Origin: Eledone cirrhosa | Lineage: Eukaryota | Length of the DNA: 64,000 bases | Assembly (NCBI GenBank): GCA_964016885.1 | Contig: OZ024758.1 | Coordinates: forward strand, 34,596,001-34,660,000 | Reading direction: 5' to 3' | Shown: positions 13,667-28,168 of the stretch, in pieces | Layout of the letters: every line of letters starts with the position of its first letter | Position numbering within the stretch: the stretch's first letter is position 1 | Position numbers and translations under genes: made by a program | Notes under the pieces: generated by a model | The model's input: only the letters and a program-made list of their open reading frames with translations | The model's database searches: none | What the model was told of the DNA's origin: nothing

Positions 13667-16600
13667 ATGGTATTAGCTGTCAGAAGTAACTCCACTGTTG
13701 GTGAGAATTCATTTAAGTCATGGTATTAGCTGTCAGAAGTAACTCCAATGTTGGTGAGAATTCATTTAAGTTCATGGTATTAGCTGTCAGAAGTCACTCC
13801 ACTGTTGGTGAGAATTCATTTAAGTTCATGGTATTAGCTGTCAGAAGTAACTCCACTGTTGGTGAGAATTCATTTAAGTTCATGGTATTAGCTGTCAGAA
13901 GTAACTCCATTGTTGGTGAGAATTCATTTAAGTTCATGGTATTAGCTGTCAGAAGGAACTCCAATGTTGGTGAGAATTCATTTAAGTCATGGTACTAGCT
14001 GTCAGAAGTAACTCCACTGTTGGTGAGAATTCATTTAAGTTCATGGTATTAGCTGTCAGAAGGAACGCCACTGTTGGTGAGAATTCATTTAAATTCATGG
14101 TATTAGCTGTCAGAAGTAACTCCACTGTTGGTGAGAATTCATTTAAGTTCATGGTACTAGCTGTCAGAAGTAACTCCAATGTTGGTGAGAATTCATTTAA
14201 GTTCATGGTATTAGCTGTCAGAAGTAACTCCACTGTTGGTGAGAATTCATTTAAGTTCATGGTATTAGCTGTCAGAAGTCACTCCAATGTTGGTGAGAAT
14301 TCATTTAAGTCATGGTACTAGCTGTCAGAAGTAACTCCACTGTTGGTGAGAATTCATTTAAGTTCATTGTATTAGCTGTCAGAAGGAACGCCACTGTTGG
14401 TGAGAATTCATTTAAGTTCATGGTATTAGCTGTCAGAAGTAACTCCACTGTTGGTGAGAATTCATTTAAGTTCATGGTACTAGCTGTCAGAAGTAACTCC
14501 AATGTTGGTGAGAATTCATTTAAGTTCATGGTATTAGCTGTCAGAAGGAACTCCACTGTTGCTGAGAATTCATTTAAGTTCATGGTATTAGCTGTCAGAA
14601 GTAACTCCACTGTTGGTGAGAATTCATTTAAGTTCATGGTATTAGCTGTCAGAAGTAACTCCACTGTTGGTGAGAATTCATTTAAGTTCATGGTATTAGC
14701 TGTCAGAAGGAACGCCACTGTTGGTGAGAATTCATTTAAGTTCATGGTATTAGCTGTCAGAAGAAACTCCATTGTTGTTGAGAATTCATTTAAGTTCATG
14801 GTATTAGCTGGCAGAAGTAACTCCACTGTTGGTGAGAATTCATTTAAGTTCATGGTATTAGCTGTCAGAAGTAACTCCACTGTTGGTGAGAATTCATTTA
14901 AGTTCATGGTATTAGCTGTCAGAAGTAACTCCACTGTTGGTGAGAATTCATTTAAGTTCATGGTATTAGCTGTCAGAAGTAACTCCACTGTTGGTGAGAA
15001 TTCATTAAAGTTCATGGTATTAGCTGTCAGAAGGAACTCCAATGTTGGTGAGAATTCATTTAAGTTCATGTTATTAGCTGTCAGAAGTAACTCCACTGTT
15101 GGTGAGAATTCATTTAAGTTCATGGTATTAGCTGTCAGAAGGAACTCCAATGTTGGTGAGAATTCATTTAAGTCATGGTATTAGCTGTCAGAAGTAACTC
15201 CACTGTTGGTGAGAATTCATTTAAGTTCATGGTACTAGCTGTCAGAAGTAACCCCAATGTTGGTGAGAATTCATTTAAGTTCATGGTATTAGCTGTCAGA
15301 AGTAACTCCACTGTTGGTGAGAATTCATTTAAGTTCATGGTACTAGCTGTCAGAAGTAACTCCAATGTTGGTGAGAATTCATTTAAGTTCATGGTATTAG
15401 CTGTCAGAAGGAACTCCACTGTTGCTGAGAATTCATTTAAGTTCATGGTATTAGCTGTCAGAAGTAACTCCACTGTTGGTGAGAATTCATTTAAGTTCAT
15501 GGTACTAGCTGTCAGAAGTAACTCCACTGTTGGTGAGAATTCATTTAAGTTCATGGTATTAGCTGTCAGAAGTCACTCCATTGTTGGTGAGAATTCATTT
15601 AAGTTAATGGTATTAGCTGTCAGAAGTCACTCCACTGTTGGTGAGAATTCATTTAAGTTCATGGTACTAGCTGTCAGAAGTATCCCCAATGTTGGTGAGA
15701 ATTCATTTAAGTTCATGGTATTAGCTGTCAGAAGTCACTCCAATGTTGGTGAGAATTCATTTAAGTTCATGGTATTAACTGTCAGAAGTAACTCCACTGT
15801 TGGTGAGAATTCATTTAAGTTCATGGTATTAGCTGTCAGAAGTAACTCCACTGTTGGTGAGAATTCATTTAAGTTCATGGTATTAGCTGTCAGAAGTAAC
15901 TCCACTGTTGGTGAGAATTCATTTAAGTCATGGTATTAGCTGTCAGAAGTAAGTCCAATGTTGGTGAGAATTCATTTAAGTTCATGGTATTAACTGTCAG
16001 AAGTCACTCCACTGTTGGTGAGAATTCATTAAAGTTCATGGTACTAGCTGTCAGAAGTAACCCCAATGTTGGTGAGAATTCATTTAAGTTCATGGTATTA
16101 GCTGTCAGAAGTCACTCCAATGTTGGTGAGAATTCATTTAAGTTCATGGTATTAGCTGTCAGAAGTAACTCCACTGTTGGTGAGAATTCATTTAAGTTCA
16201 TGGTATTAGCTGTCAGAAGTAACTCCACTGTTGGTGAGAATTCATTTAAGTTCATGGTATTAGCTGTCAGAAGTAACTCCACTGTTGGTGAGAATTCATT
16301 TAAGTTCATGGTATTAGCTGTCAGAAGTCACTCCAATGTTGGTGAGAATTCATTTAAGTCATGGTACTAGCTGTCAGAAGTAACTCCACTGTTGGTGAGA
16401 ATTCATTTAAGTTCATTGTATTAGCTGTCAGAAGGAACGCCACTGTTGGTGAGAATTCATTTAAGTTCATGGTATTAGCTGTCAGAAGTCACTCCACTGT
16501 TGGTGAGAATTCATTTAAGTTCATGGTACTAGCTGTCAGAAGTAACCCCAATGTTGGTGAGAATTCATTTAGGTTCATGGTATTAGCTGTCAGAAGTCAC

Positions 16601-19600
16601 TCCAATGTTGGTGAGAATTCATTTAAGTTCATGGTATTAGCTGTCAGAAGTAACTCCACTGTTGGTGAGAATTCATTTAAGTTCATGGTATTAGCTGTCA
16701 GAAGTAACTCCACTGTTGGTGAGAATTCATTTAAGTTCATGGTATTAGCTGTCAGAAGTAACTCCACTGTTGGTGAGAATTCATTTAAGTCATGGTATTA
16801 GCTGTCAGAAGTAACTCCAATGTTGGTGAGAATTCATTTAAGTTCATGGTATTAGCTGTCAGAAGTCACTCCACTGTTGGTGAGAATTCATTTAAGTTCA
16901 TGGTATTAGCTGTCAGAAGTAACTCCACTGTTGGTGAGAATTCATTTAAGTTCATGGTATTAGCTGTCAGAAGTAACTCCATTGTTGGTGAGAATTCATT
17001 TAAGTTCATGGTATTAGCTGTCAGAAGGAACTCCAATGTTGGTGAGAATTCATTTAAGTCATGGTACTAGCTGTCAGAAGTAACTCCACTGTTGGTGAGA
17101 ATTCATTTAAGTTCATGGTATTAGCTGTCAGAAGTAACTCCACTGTTGGTGAGAATTCATTTAAGTCATGGTATTAGCTGTCAGAAGTAACTCCAATGTT
17201 GGTGAGAATTCATTTAAGTTCATGGTATTAGCTGTCAGAAGTCACTCCACTGTTGGTGAGAATTCATTTAAGTTCATGGTATTAGCTGTCAGAAGTAACT
17301 CCACTGTTGGTGAGAATTCATTTAAGTTCATGGTATTAGCTGTCAGAAGTAACTCCATTGTTGGTGAGAATTCATTTAAGTTCATGGTATTAGCTGTCAG
17401 AAGGAACTCCAATGTTGGTGAGAATTCATTTAAGTCATGGTACTAGCTGTCAGAAGTAACTCCACTGTTGGTGAGAATTCATTTAAGTTCATGGTATTAG
17501 CTGTCAGAAGGAACGCCACTGTTGGTGAGAATTCATTTAAATTCATGGTATTAGCTGTCAGAAGTAACTCCACTGTTGGTGAGAATTCATTTAAGTTCAT
17601 GGTACTAGCTGTCAGAAGTAACTCCAATGTTGGTGAGAATTCATTTAAGTTCATGGTATTAGCTGTCAGAAGTAACTCCACTGTTGGTGAGAATTCATTT
17701 AAGTTCATGGTATTAGCTGTCAGAAGTCACTCCAATGTTGGTGAGAATTCATTTAAGTCATGGTACTAGCTGTCAGAAGTAACTCCACTGTTGGTGAGAA
17801 TTCATTTAAGTTCATTGTATTAGCTGTCAGAAGGAACGCCACTGTTGGTGAGAATTCATTTAAGTTCATGGTATTAGCTGTCAGAAGTAACTCCACTGTT
17901 GGTGAGAATTCATTTAAGTTCATGGTACTAGCTGTCAGAAGTAACTCCAATGTTGGTGAGAATTCATTTAAGTTCATGGTATTAGCTGTCAGAAGGAACT
18001 CCACTGTTGCTGAGAATTCATTTAAGTTCATGGTATTAGCTGTCAGAAGTAACTCCACTGTTGGTGAGAATTCATTTAAGTTCATGGTATTAGCTGTCAG
18101 AAGTAACTCCACTGTTGGTGAGAATTCATTTAAGTTCATGGTATTAGCTGTCAGAAGGAACGCCACTGTTGGTGAGAATTCATTTAAGTTCATGGTATTA
18201 GCTGTCAGAAGTAACTCCATTGTTGTTGAGAATTCATTTAAGTTCATGGTATTAGCTGGCAGAAGTAACTCCACTGTTGGTGAGAATTCATTTAAGTTCA
18301 TGGTATTAGCTGTCAGAAGTAACTCCACTGTTGGTGAGAATTCATTTAAGTTCATGGTATTAGCTGTCAGAAGTAACTCCACTGTTGGTGAGAATTCATT
18401 TAAGTTCATGGTATTAGCTGTCAGAAGTAACTCCACTGTTGGTGAGAATTCATTAAAGTTCATGGTATTAGCTGTCAGAAGGAACTCCAATGTTGGTGAG
18501 AATTCATTTAAGTTCATGTTATTAGCTGTCAGAAGTAACTCCACTGTTGGTGAGAATTCATTTAAGTTCATGGTATTAGCTGTCAGAAGGAACTCCAATG
18601 TTGGTGAGAATTCATTTAAGTCATGGTATTAGCTGTCAGAAGTAACTCCACTGTTGGTGAGAATTCATTTAAGTTCATGGTACTAGCTGTCAGAAGTAAC
18701 CCCAATGTTGGTGAGAATTCATTTAAGTTCATGGTATTAGCTGTCAGAAGTAACTCCACTGTTGGTGAGAATTCATTTAAGTTCATGGTACTAGCTGTCA
18801 GAAGTAACTCCAATGTTGGTGAGAATTCATTTAAGTTCATGGTATTAGCTGTCAGAAGGAACTCCACTGTTGCTGAGAATTCATTTAAGTTCATGGTATT
18901 AGCTGTCAGAAGTAACTCCACTGTTGGTGAGAATTCATTTAAGTTCATGGTACTAGCTGTCAGAAGTAACTCCACTGTTGGTGAGAATTCATTTAAGTTC
19001 ATGGTATTAGCTGTCAGAAGTCACTCCATTGTTGGTGAGAATTCATTTAAGTTAATGGTATTAGCTGTCAGAAGTCACTCCACTGTTGGTGAGAATTCAT
19101 TTAAGTTCATGGTACTAGCTGTCAGAAGTATCCCCAATGTTGGTGAGAATTCATTTAAGTTCATGGTATTAGCTGTCAGAAGTCACTCCAATGTTGGTGA
19201 GAATTCATTTAAGTTCATGGTATTAACTGTCAGAAGTAACTCCACTGTTGGTGAGAATTCATTTAAGTTCATGGTATTAGCTGTCAGAAGTAACTCCACT
19301 GTTGGTGAGAATTCATTTAAGTTCATGGTATTAGCTGTCAGAAGTAACTCCACTGTTGGTGAGAATTCATTTAAGTCATGGTATTAGCTGTCAGAAGTAA
19401 GTCCAATGTTGGTGAGAATTCATTTAAGTTCATGGTATTAACTGTCAGAAGTCACTCCACTGTTGGTGAGAATTCATTAAAGTTCATGGTACTAGCTGTC
19501 AGAAGTAACCCCAATGTTGGTGAGAATTCATTTAAGTTCATGGTATTAGCTGTCAGAAGTCACTCCAATGTTGGTGAGAATTCATTTAAGTTCATGGTAT

Positions 19601-20562
19601 TAGCTGTCAGAAGTAACTCCACTGTTGGTGAGAATTCATTTAAGTTCATGGTATTAGCTGTCAGAAGTAACTCCACTGTTGGTGAGAATTCATTTAAGTT
19701 CATGGTATTAGCTGTCAGAAGTAACTCCACTGTTGGTGAGAATTCATTTAAGTTCATGGTATTAGCTGTCAGAAGTCACTCCAATGTTGGTGAGAATTCA
19801 TTTAAGTCATGGTACTAGCTGTCAGAAGTAACTCCACTGTTGGTGAGAATTCATTTAAGTTCATTGTATTAGCTGTCAGAAGGAACGCCACTGTTGGTGA
19901 GAATTCATTTAAGTTCATGGTATTAGCTGTCAGAAGTCACTCCACTGTTGGTGAGAATTCATTTAAGTTCATGGTACTAGCTGTCAGAAGTAACCCCAAT
20001 GTTGGTGAGAATTCATTTAGGTTCATGGTATTAGCTGTCAGAAGTCACTCCAATGTTGGTGAGAATTCATTTAAGTTCATGGTATTAGCTGTCAGAAGTA
20101 ACTCCACTGTTGGTGAGAATTCATTTAAGTTCATGGTATTAGCTGTCAGAAGTAACTCCACTGTTGGTGAGAATTCATTTAAGTTCATGGTATTAGCTGT
20201 CAGAAGTAACTCCACTGTTGGTGAGAATTCATTTAAGTCATGGTATTAGCTGTCAGAAGTAACTCCAATGTTGGTGAGAATTCATTTAAGTTCATGGTAT
20301 TAGCTGTCAGAAGTCACTCCACTGTTGGTGAGAATTCATTTAAGTTCATGGTATTAGCTGTCAGAAGTAACTCCACTGTTGGTGAGAATTCATTTAAGTT
20401 CATGGTATTAGCTGTCAGAAGTAACTCCATTGTTGGTGAGAATTCATTTAAGTTCATGGTATTAGCTGTCAGAAGGAACTCCAATGTTGGTGAGAATTCA
20501 TTTAAGTCATGGTACTAGCTGTCAGAAGTAACTCCACTGTTGGTGAGAATTCATTTAAGTTC
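13667..20562. repeat. Near-perfect tandem duplication of a 64-monomer block (3448 bp x2)
   Basis: All block starts are offset by 3448 (13720/17168, 13989/17437, 14312/17760, 15175/18623, 15930/19378, 16361/19809, 16792/20240). Shared private SNPs include AAGTCC (about 15951/19399), TTAGGTTC (about 16572/20020) and ATGTTA (15068/18516). Confidence 0.93.
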
Positions 20563-23500
20563 ATGGTATTAGCTGTCAGAAGGAACGCCACTGTTGGTGA
20601 GAATTCATTTAAATTCATGGTATTAGCTGTCAGAAGTAACTCCACTGTTGGTGAGAATTCATTTAAGTTCATGGTACTAGCTGTCAGAAGTAACTCCAAT
20701 GTTGGTGAGAATTCATTTAAGTTCATGGTATTAGCTGTCAGAAGTAACTCCACTGTTGGTGAGAATTCATTTAAGTTCATGGTATTAGCTGTCAGAAGTC
20801 ACTCCAATGTTGTTGAGAATTCATTTAAGTCATGGTACTAGCTGTCAGAAGTAACTCCACTGTTGGTGAGAATTCATTTAAGTTCATTGTATTAGCTGTC
20901 AGAAGGAACGCCACTGTTGGTGAGAATTCATTTAAGTTCATGGTATTAGCTGTCAGAAGTAACTCCACTGTTGGTGAGAATTCATTTAAGTTCATGGTAC
21001 TAGCTGTCAGAATTAACTCCAATGTTGGTGAGAATTCATTTAAGTTCATGGTATTAGCTGTCAGAAGTAACTCCACTGTTGGTGAGAATTCATTTAAGTT
21101 CATGGTACTAGCTGTCAGAAGTCACTCCACTGTTGGTGAGAATACATTTAAGTTCATGGTACTAGCTGTCAGAAGTAACCCCAATGTTGGTGAGAATTCA
21201 TTTAAGTTCATGGTATTAGCTGTCAGAAGTCACTCCAATGTTGGTGAGAATTCATTTAAGTTCATGGTATTAGCTGTCAGAAGTAACTCCACTGTTGGTA
21301 AGAATTCATTTAAGTTCATGGTATTAGCTGTCAGAAGTAACTCCACTGTTGGTGAGAATTCATTTAAGTTCATGGTATTAGCTGTCAGAAGGAACGCCAC
21401 TGTTGGTGAGAATTCATTTAAGTTCATGGTATTAGCTGTCAGAAGTAACTCCACTGTTGGTGAGAATTCATTTAAGTTCATGGTATTAGCTGGCAGAAGT
21501 AACTCCACTGTTGGTGAGAATTCATTTAAGTTCATGGTATTAGCTGTCAGAAGTAACTCCACTGTTGGTGAGAATTCATTTAAGTTCATGGTATTAGCTG
21601 TCAGAAGTAACTCCACTGTTGGTGAGAATTCATTTAAGTTCATGGTATTAGCTGTCAGAAGTAACTCCACTGTTGGTGACAATTCATTAAAGTTCATGGT
21701 ATTAGCTGTCAGAAGGAACTCCAATGTTGGTGAGAATTCATTTAAGTTCATGGTATTAGCTGTCAGAAGTAACTCCACTGTTGGTGAGAATTCATTTAAG
21801 TTCATGGTATTAGCTGTCAGAAGGAACTCCAATGTTGGTGAGAATTCATTTAAGTCATGGTACTAGCTGTCAGAAGTAACTCCACTGTTGGTGAGAATTC
21901 ATTTAAGTTCATGGTATTAGCTGTCAGAAGGAACGCCACTGTTGGTGAGAATTCATTTAAATTCATGGTATTAGCTGTCAGAAGTAACTCCACTGTTGGT
22001 GAGAATTCATTTAAGTTCATGGTACTAGCTGTCAGAAGTAACTCCAATGTTGGTGAGAATTCATTTAAGTTCATGGTATTAGCTGTCAGAAGTAACTCCA
22101 CTGTTGGTGAGAATTCATTTAAGTTCATGGTATTAGCTGTCAGAAGTCACTCCAATGTTGGTGAGAATTCATTTAAGTCATGGTACTAGCTGTCAGAAGT
22201 AACTCCACTGTTGGTGAGAATTCATTTAAGTTCATTGTATTAGCTGTCAGAAGGAACGCCACTGTTGGTGAGAATTCATTTAAGTTCATGGTATTAGCTG
22301 TCAGAAGTAACTCCACTGTTGGTGAGAATTCATTTAAGTTCATGGTACTAGCTGTCAGAAGTAACTCCAATGTTGGTGAGAATTCATTTAAGTTCATGGT
22401 ATTAGCTGTCAGAAGTAACTCCACTGTTGGTGAGAATTCATTTAAGTTCATGGTACTAGCTGTCAGAAGTCACTCCACTGTTGGTGAGAATACATTTAAG
22501 TTCATGGTACTAGCTGTCAGAAGTAACCCCAATGTTGGTGAGAATTCATTTAAGTTCATGGTATTAGCTGTCAGAAGTCACTCCAATGTTGGTGAGAATT
22601 CATTTAAGTTCATGGTATTAGCTGTCAGAAGTAACTCCACTGTTGGTAAGAATTCATTTAAGTTCATGGTATTAGCTGTCAGAAGTAACTCCACTGTTGG
22701 TGAGAATTCATTTAAGTTCATGGTATTAGCTGTCAGAAGGAACGCCACTGTTGGTGAGAATTCATTTAAGTTCATGGTATTAGCTGTCAGAAGTAACTCC
22801 ACTGTTGGTGAGAATTCATTTAAGTTCATGGTACTAGCTGTCAGAAGTAACTCCACTGTTGGTGAGAATTCATTTAAGTTCATGGTATTAGCTGTCAGAA
22901 GTCACTCCAATGTTGGTGAGAATTCATTTAAGTTCATGGTATTAGCTGTCAGAAGTCACTCCACTGTTGGTGAGAATTCATTTAAGTTCATGGTACTAGC
23001 TGTCAGAAGTAACCCCAATGTTGGTGAGAATTCATTTAAGTTCATGGTATTAGCTGTCAGAAGTCACTCCAATGTTGGTGAGAATTCATTTAAGTTCATG
23101 GTATTAGCTGTCAGAAGTAACTCCACTGTTGGTGAGAATTCATTTAAGTTCATGGTATTAGCTGTCAGAAGTAACTCCACTGTTGGTGAGAATTCATTTA
23201 AGTTCATGGTATTAGCTGTCAGAAGTAACTCCACTGTTGGTGAGAATTCATTTAAGTCATCGTATTAGCTGTCAGAAGTAACTCCAATGTTGGTGAGAAT
23301 TCATTTAAGTTCATGGTATTAGCTGTCAGAAGTCACTCCACTGTTGGTGAGAATTCATTTAAGTTCATGGTACTAGCTGTCAGAAGTAACCCCAATGTTG
23401 GTGAGAATTCATTTAAGTTCATGGTATTAGCTGTCAGAAGTCACTCCAATGTTGGTGAGAATTCATTTAAGTTCATGGTATTAGCTGTCAGAAGTAACTC

Positions 23501-24823
23501 CACTGTTGGTGAGAATTCATTTAAGTTCATGGTATTAGCTGTCAGAAGTAACTCCACTGTTGGTGAGAATTCATTTAAGTTCATTGTATTAGCTGTCAGA
23601 AGGAACGCCACTGTTGGTGAGAATTCATTTAAGTTCATGGTATTAGCTGTCAGAAGTAACTCCACTGTTGGTGAGAATTCATTTAAGTTCATGGTACTAG
23701 CTGTCAGAAGTAACTCCAATGTTGGTGAGAATTCATTTAAGTTCATGGTATTAGCTGTCAGAAGGAACTCCACTGTTGCTGAGAATTCATTTAAGTTCAT
23801 GGTATTAGCTGTCAGAAGTAACTCCACTGTTGGTGAGAATTCATTTAAGTTCATGGTACTAGCTGTCAGAAGTCACTCCACTGTTGGTGAGAATACATTT
23901 AAGTTCATGGTACTAGCTGTCAGAAGTAACCCCAATGTTGGTGAGAATTCATTTAAGTTCATGGTATTAGCTGTCAGAAGTCACTCCAATGTTGGTGAGA
24001 ATTCATTTAAGTTCATGGTATTAGCTGTCAGAAGTAACTCCACTGTTGGTAAGAATTCATTTAAGTTCATGGTATTAGCTGTCAGAAGTAACTCCACTGT
24101 TGGTGTGAATTCATTTAAGTTCATGGTATTAGCTGTCAGAAGGAACGCCACTGTTGGTGAGAATTCATTTAAGTTCATGGTATTAGCTGTCAGAAGTAAC
24201 TCCACTGTTGGTGAGAATTCATTTAAGTTCATGGTACTAGCTGTCAGAAGTAACTCCACTGTTGGTGAGAATTCATTTAAGTTCATGGTATTAGCTGTCA
24301 GAAGTCACTCCAATGTTGGTGAGAATTCATTTAAGTTCATGGTATTAGCTGTCAGAAGTCACTCCACTGTTGGTGAGAATTCATTTAAGTTCATGGTACT
24401 AGCTGTCAGAAGTAACCCCAATGTTGGTGAGAATTCATTTAAGTTCATGGTATTAGCTGTCAGAAGTCACTCCAATGTTGGTGAGAATTCATTTAAGTTC
24501 ATGGTATTAGCTGTCAGAAGTCACTCCACTGTTGGTGAGAATTCATTTAAGTTCATGGTACTAGCTGTCAGAAGTAACCCCAATGTTGGTGAGAATTCAT
24601 TTAAGTTCATGGTATTAGCTGTCAGAAGTCACACCAATGTTGGTGAGAATTCATTTAAGTTCATGGTATTAGCTGTCAGAAGTAACTCCACTGTTGGTGA
24701 GAATTCATTTAAGTTCATGGTATTAGCTGTCAGAAGTAACTCCACTGTTGGTGAGAATTCATTTAAGTTCATGGTATTAGCTGTCAGAAGTAACTCCACT
24801 GTTGGTGAGAATTCATTTAAGTC

Positions 24824-26226
24824 ATGGTATTAGCTGTCAGAAGTAACTCCAATGTTGGTGAGAATTCATTTAAGTTCATGGTATTAGCTGTCAGAAGTCA
24901 CTCCACTGTTGGTGAGAATTCATTTAAGTTCATGGTACTAGCTGTCAGAAGTAACCCCAATGTTGGTGAGAATTCATTTAAGTTCATGGTATTAGCTGTC
25001 AGAAGTCACTCCAATGTTGGTGAGAATTCATTTAAGTTCATGGTATTAGCTGTCAGAAGTAACTCCACTGTTGGTGAGAATTCATTTAAGTTCATGGTAT
25101 TAGCTGTCAGAAGTAACTCCACTGTTGGTGAGAATTCATTTAAGTTCATTGTATTAGCTGTCAGAAGGAACGCCACTGTTGGTGAGAATTCATTTAAGTT
25201 CATGGTATTAGCTGTCAGAAGTAACTCCACTGTTGGTGAGAATTCATTTAAGTTCATGGTACTAGCTGCCAGAAGTAACTCCAATGTTGGTGAGAATTCA
25301 TTTAAGTTCATGGTATTAGCTGTCAGAAGGAACTCCACTGTTGGTGAGAATTCATTTAAGTTCATGGTATTAGCTGTCAGAAGTAACTCCACTGTTGGTG
25401 AGAATTCATTTAAGTTCATGGTACTAGCTGTCAGAAGTCACTCCACTGTTGGTGAGAATACATTTAAGTTCATGGTACTAGCTGTCAGAAGTAACCCCAA
25501 TGTTGGTGAGAATTCATTTAAGTTCATGGTATTAGCTGTCAGAAGTCACTCCAATGTTGGTGAGAATTCATTTAAGTTCATGGTATTAGCTGTCAGAAGT
25601 AACTCCACTGTTGGTAAGAATTCATTTAAGTTCATGGTATTAGCTGTCAGAAGTAACTCCACTGTTGGTGAGAATTCATTTAAGTTCATGGTATTAGCTG
25701 TCAGAAGGAACGCCACTGTTGGTGAGAATTCATTTAAGTTCATGGTATTAGCTGTCAGAAGTAACTCCACTGTTGGTGAGAATTCATTTAAGTTCATGGT
25801 ACTAGCTGTCAGAAGTAACTCCACTGTTGGTGAGAATTCATTTAAGTTCATGGTATTAGCTGTCAGAAGTCACTCCAATGTTGGTGAGAATTCATTTAAG
25901 TTCATGGTATTAGCTGTCAGAAGTCACTCCACTGTTGGTGAGAATTCATTTAAGTTCATGGTACTAGCTGTCAGAAGTAACCCCAATGTTGGTGAGAATT
26001 CATTTAAGTTCATGGTATTAGCTGTCAGAAGTCACTCCAATGTTGGTGAGAATTCATTTAAGTTCATGGTATTAGCTGTCAGAAGTAACTCCACTGTTGG
26101 TGAGAATTCATTTAAGTTCATGGTATTAGCTGTCAGAAGTAACTCCACTGTTGGTGAGAATTCATTTAAGTTCATGGTATTAGCTGTCAGAAGTAACTCC
26201 ACTGTTGGTGAGAATTCATTTAAGTC
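24824..26226. repeat. 26-monomer higher-order repeat copy (1403 bp)
   Basis: Same length and variant order as the blocks starting at 26766, 34426, 39062, 41219 and 43161 (each gives a 470-aa pseudo-ORF). Confidence 0.9.
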
Positions 26227-26765
26227 ATGGTATTAGCTGTCAGAAGTAACTCCAATGTTGGTGAGAATTCATTTAAGTTCATGGTATTAGCTGTCAGAAG
26301 TCACTCCACTGTTGGTGAGAATTCATTTAAGTTCATGGTACTAGCTGTCAGAAGTAACCCCAATGTTGGTGAGAATTCATTTAAGTTCATGGTATTAGCT
26401 GTCAGAAGTCACTCCAATGTTGGTGAGAATTCATTTAAGTTCATGGTATTAGCTGTCAGAAGTCACTCCACTGTTGGTGAGAATTCATTTAAGTTCATGG
26501 TACTAGCTGTCAGAAGTAACCCCAATGTTGGTGAGAATTCATTTAAGTTCATGGTATTAGCTGTCAGAAGTCACTCCAATGTTGGTGAGAATTCATTTAA
26601 GTTCATGGTATTAGCTGTCAGAAGTAACTCCACTGTTGGTGAGAATTCATTTAAGTTCATGGTATTAGCTGTCAGAAGTAACTCCACTGTTGGTGAGAAT
26701 TCATTTAAGTTCATGGTATTAGCTGTCAGAAGTAACTCCACTGTTGGTGAGAATTCATTTAAGTC

Positions 26766-28168
26766 ATGGTATTAGCTGTCAGAAGTAACTCCAATGTTGG
26801 TGAGAATTCATTTAAGTTCATGGTATTAGCTGTCAGAAGTCACTCCACTGTTGGTGAGAATTCATTTAAGTTCATGGTACTAGCTGTCAGAAGTAACCCC
26901 AATGTTGGTGAGAATTTATTTAAGTTCATGGTATTAGCTGTCAGAAGTCACTCCAATATTGGTGAGAATTCATTTAAGTTCATGGTATTAGCTGTCAGAA
27001 GTAACTCCACTGTTGGTGAGAATTCATTTAAGTTCATGGTATTAGCTGTCAGAAGTAACTCCACTGTTGGTGAGAATTCATTTAAGTTCATGGTATTAGC
27101 TGTCAGAAGGAACGCCACTGTTGGTGAGAATTCATTTAAGTTCATGGTATTAGCTGTCAGAAGTAACTCCACTGTTGGTGAGAATTCATTTAAGTTCATG
27201 GTACTAGCTGTCAGAAGTAACTCCAATGTTGGTGAGAATTCATTTAAGTTCATGGTATTAGCTGTCAGAAGGAACTCCACTGTTGCTGAGAATTCATTTA
27301 AGTTTATGGTATTAGCTGTCAGAAGTAACTCCACTGTTGGTGAGAATTCATTTAAGTTCATGGTACTAGCTGTCAGAAGTCACTCCACTGTTGGTGAGAA
27401 TACATTTAAGTTCATGGTACTAGCTGTCAGAAGTAACCCCAATGTTGGTGAGAATTCATTTAAGTTCATGGTATTAGCTGTCAGAAGTCACTCCAATGTT
27501 GGTGAGAATTCATTTAAGTTCATGGTATTAGCTGTCAGAAGTAACTCCACTGTTGGTAAGAATTCATTTAAGTTCATGGTATTAGCTGTCAGAAGTAACT
27601 CCACTGTTGGTGAGAATTCATTTAAGTTCATGGTATTAGCTGTCAGAAGGAACGCCACTGTTGGTGAGAATTCATTTAAGTTCATGGTATTAGCTGTCAG
27701 AAGTAACTCCACTGTTGGTGAGAATTCATTTAAGTTCATGGTACTAGCTGTCAGAAGTAACTCCACTGTTGGTGAGAATTCATTTAAGTTCATGGTATTA
27801 GCTGTCAGAAGTCACTCCAATGTTGGTGAGAATTCATTTAAGTTCATGGTATTAGCTGTCAGAAGTCACTCCACTGTTGGTGAGAATTCATTTAAGTTCA
27901 TGGTACTAGCTGTCAGAAGTAACCCCAATGTTGGTGAGAATTTATTTAAGTTCATGGTATTAGCTCTCAGAAGTCACTCCAATGTTGGTGAGAATTCATT
28001 TAAGTTCATGGTATTAGCTGTCAGAAGTAACTCCACTGTTGGTGAGAATTCATTTAAGTTCATGGTATTAGCTGTCAGAAGTAACTCCACTGTTGGTGAG
28101 AATTCATTTAAGTTCATTCTATTAGCTGTCAGAAGTAACTCCACTGTTGGTGAGAATTCATTTAAGTC
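26766..28168. repeat. 26-monomer higher-order repeat copy (1403 bp)
   Basis: Same variant order; carries the rare ATTCTA monomer start at 28116, shared only with the 43161 copy (44511). Confidence 0.9.
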
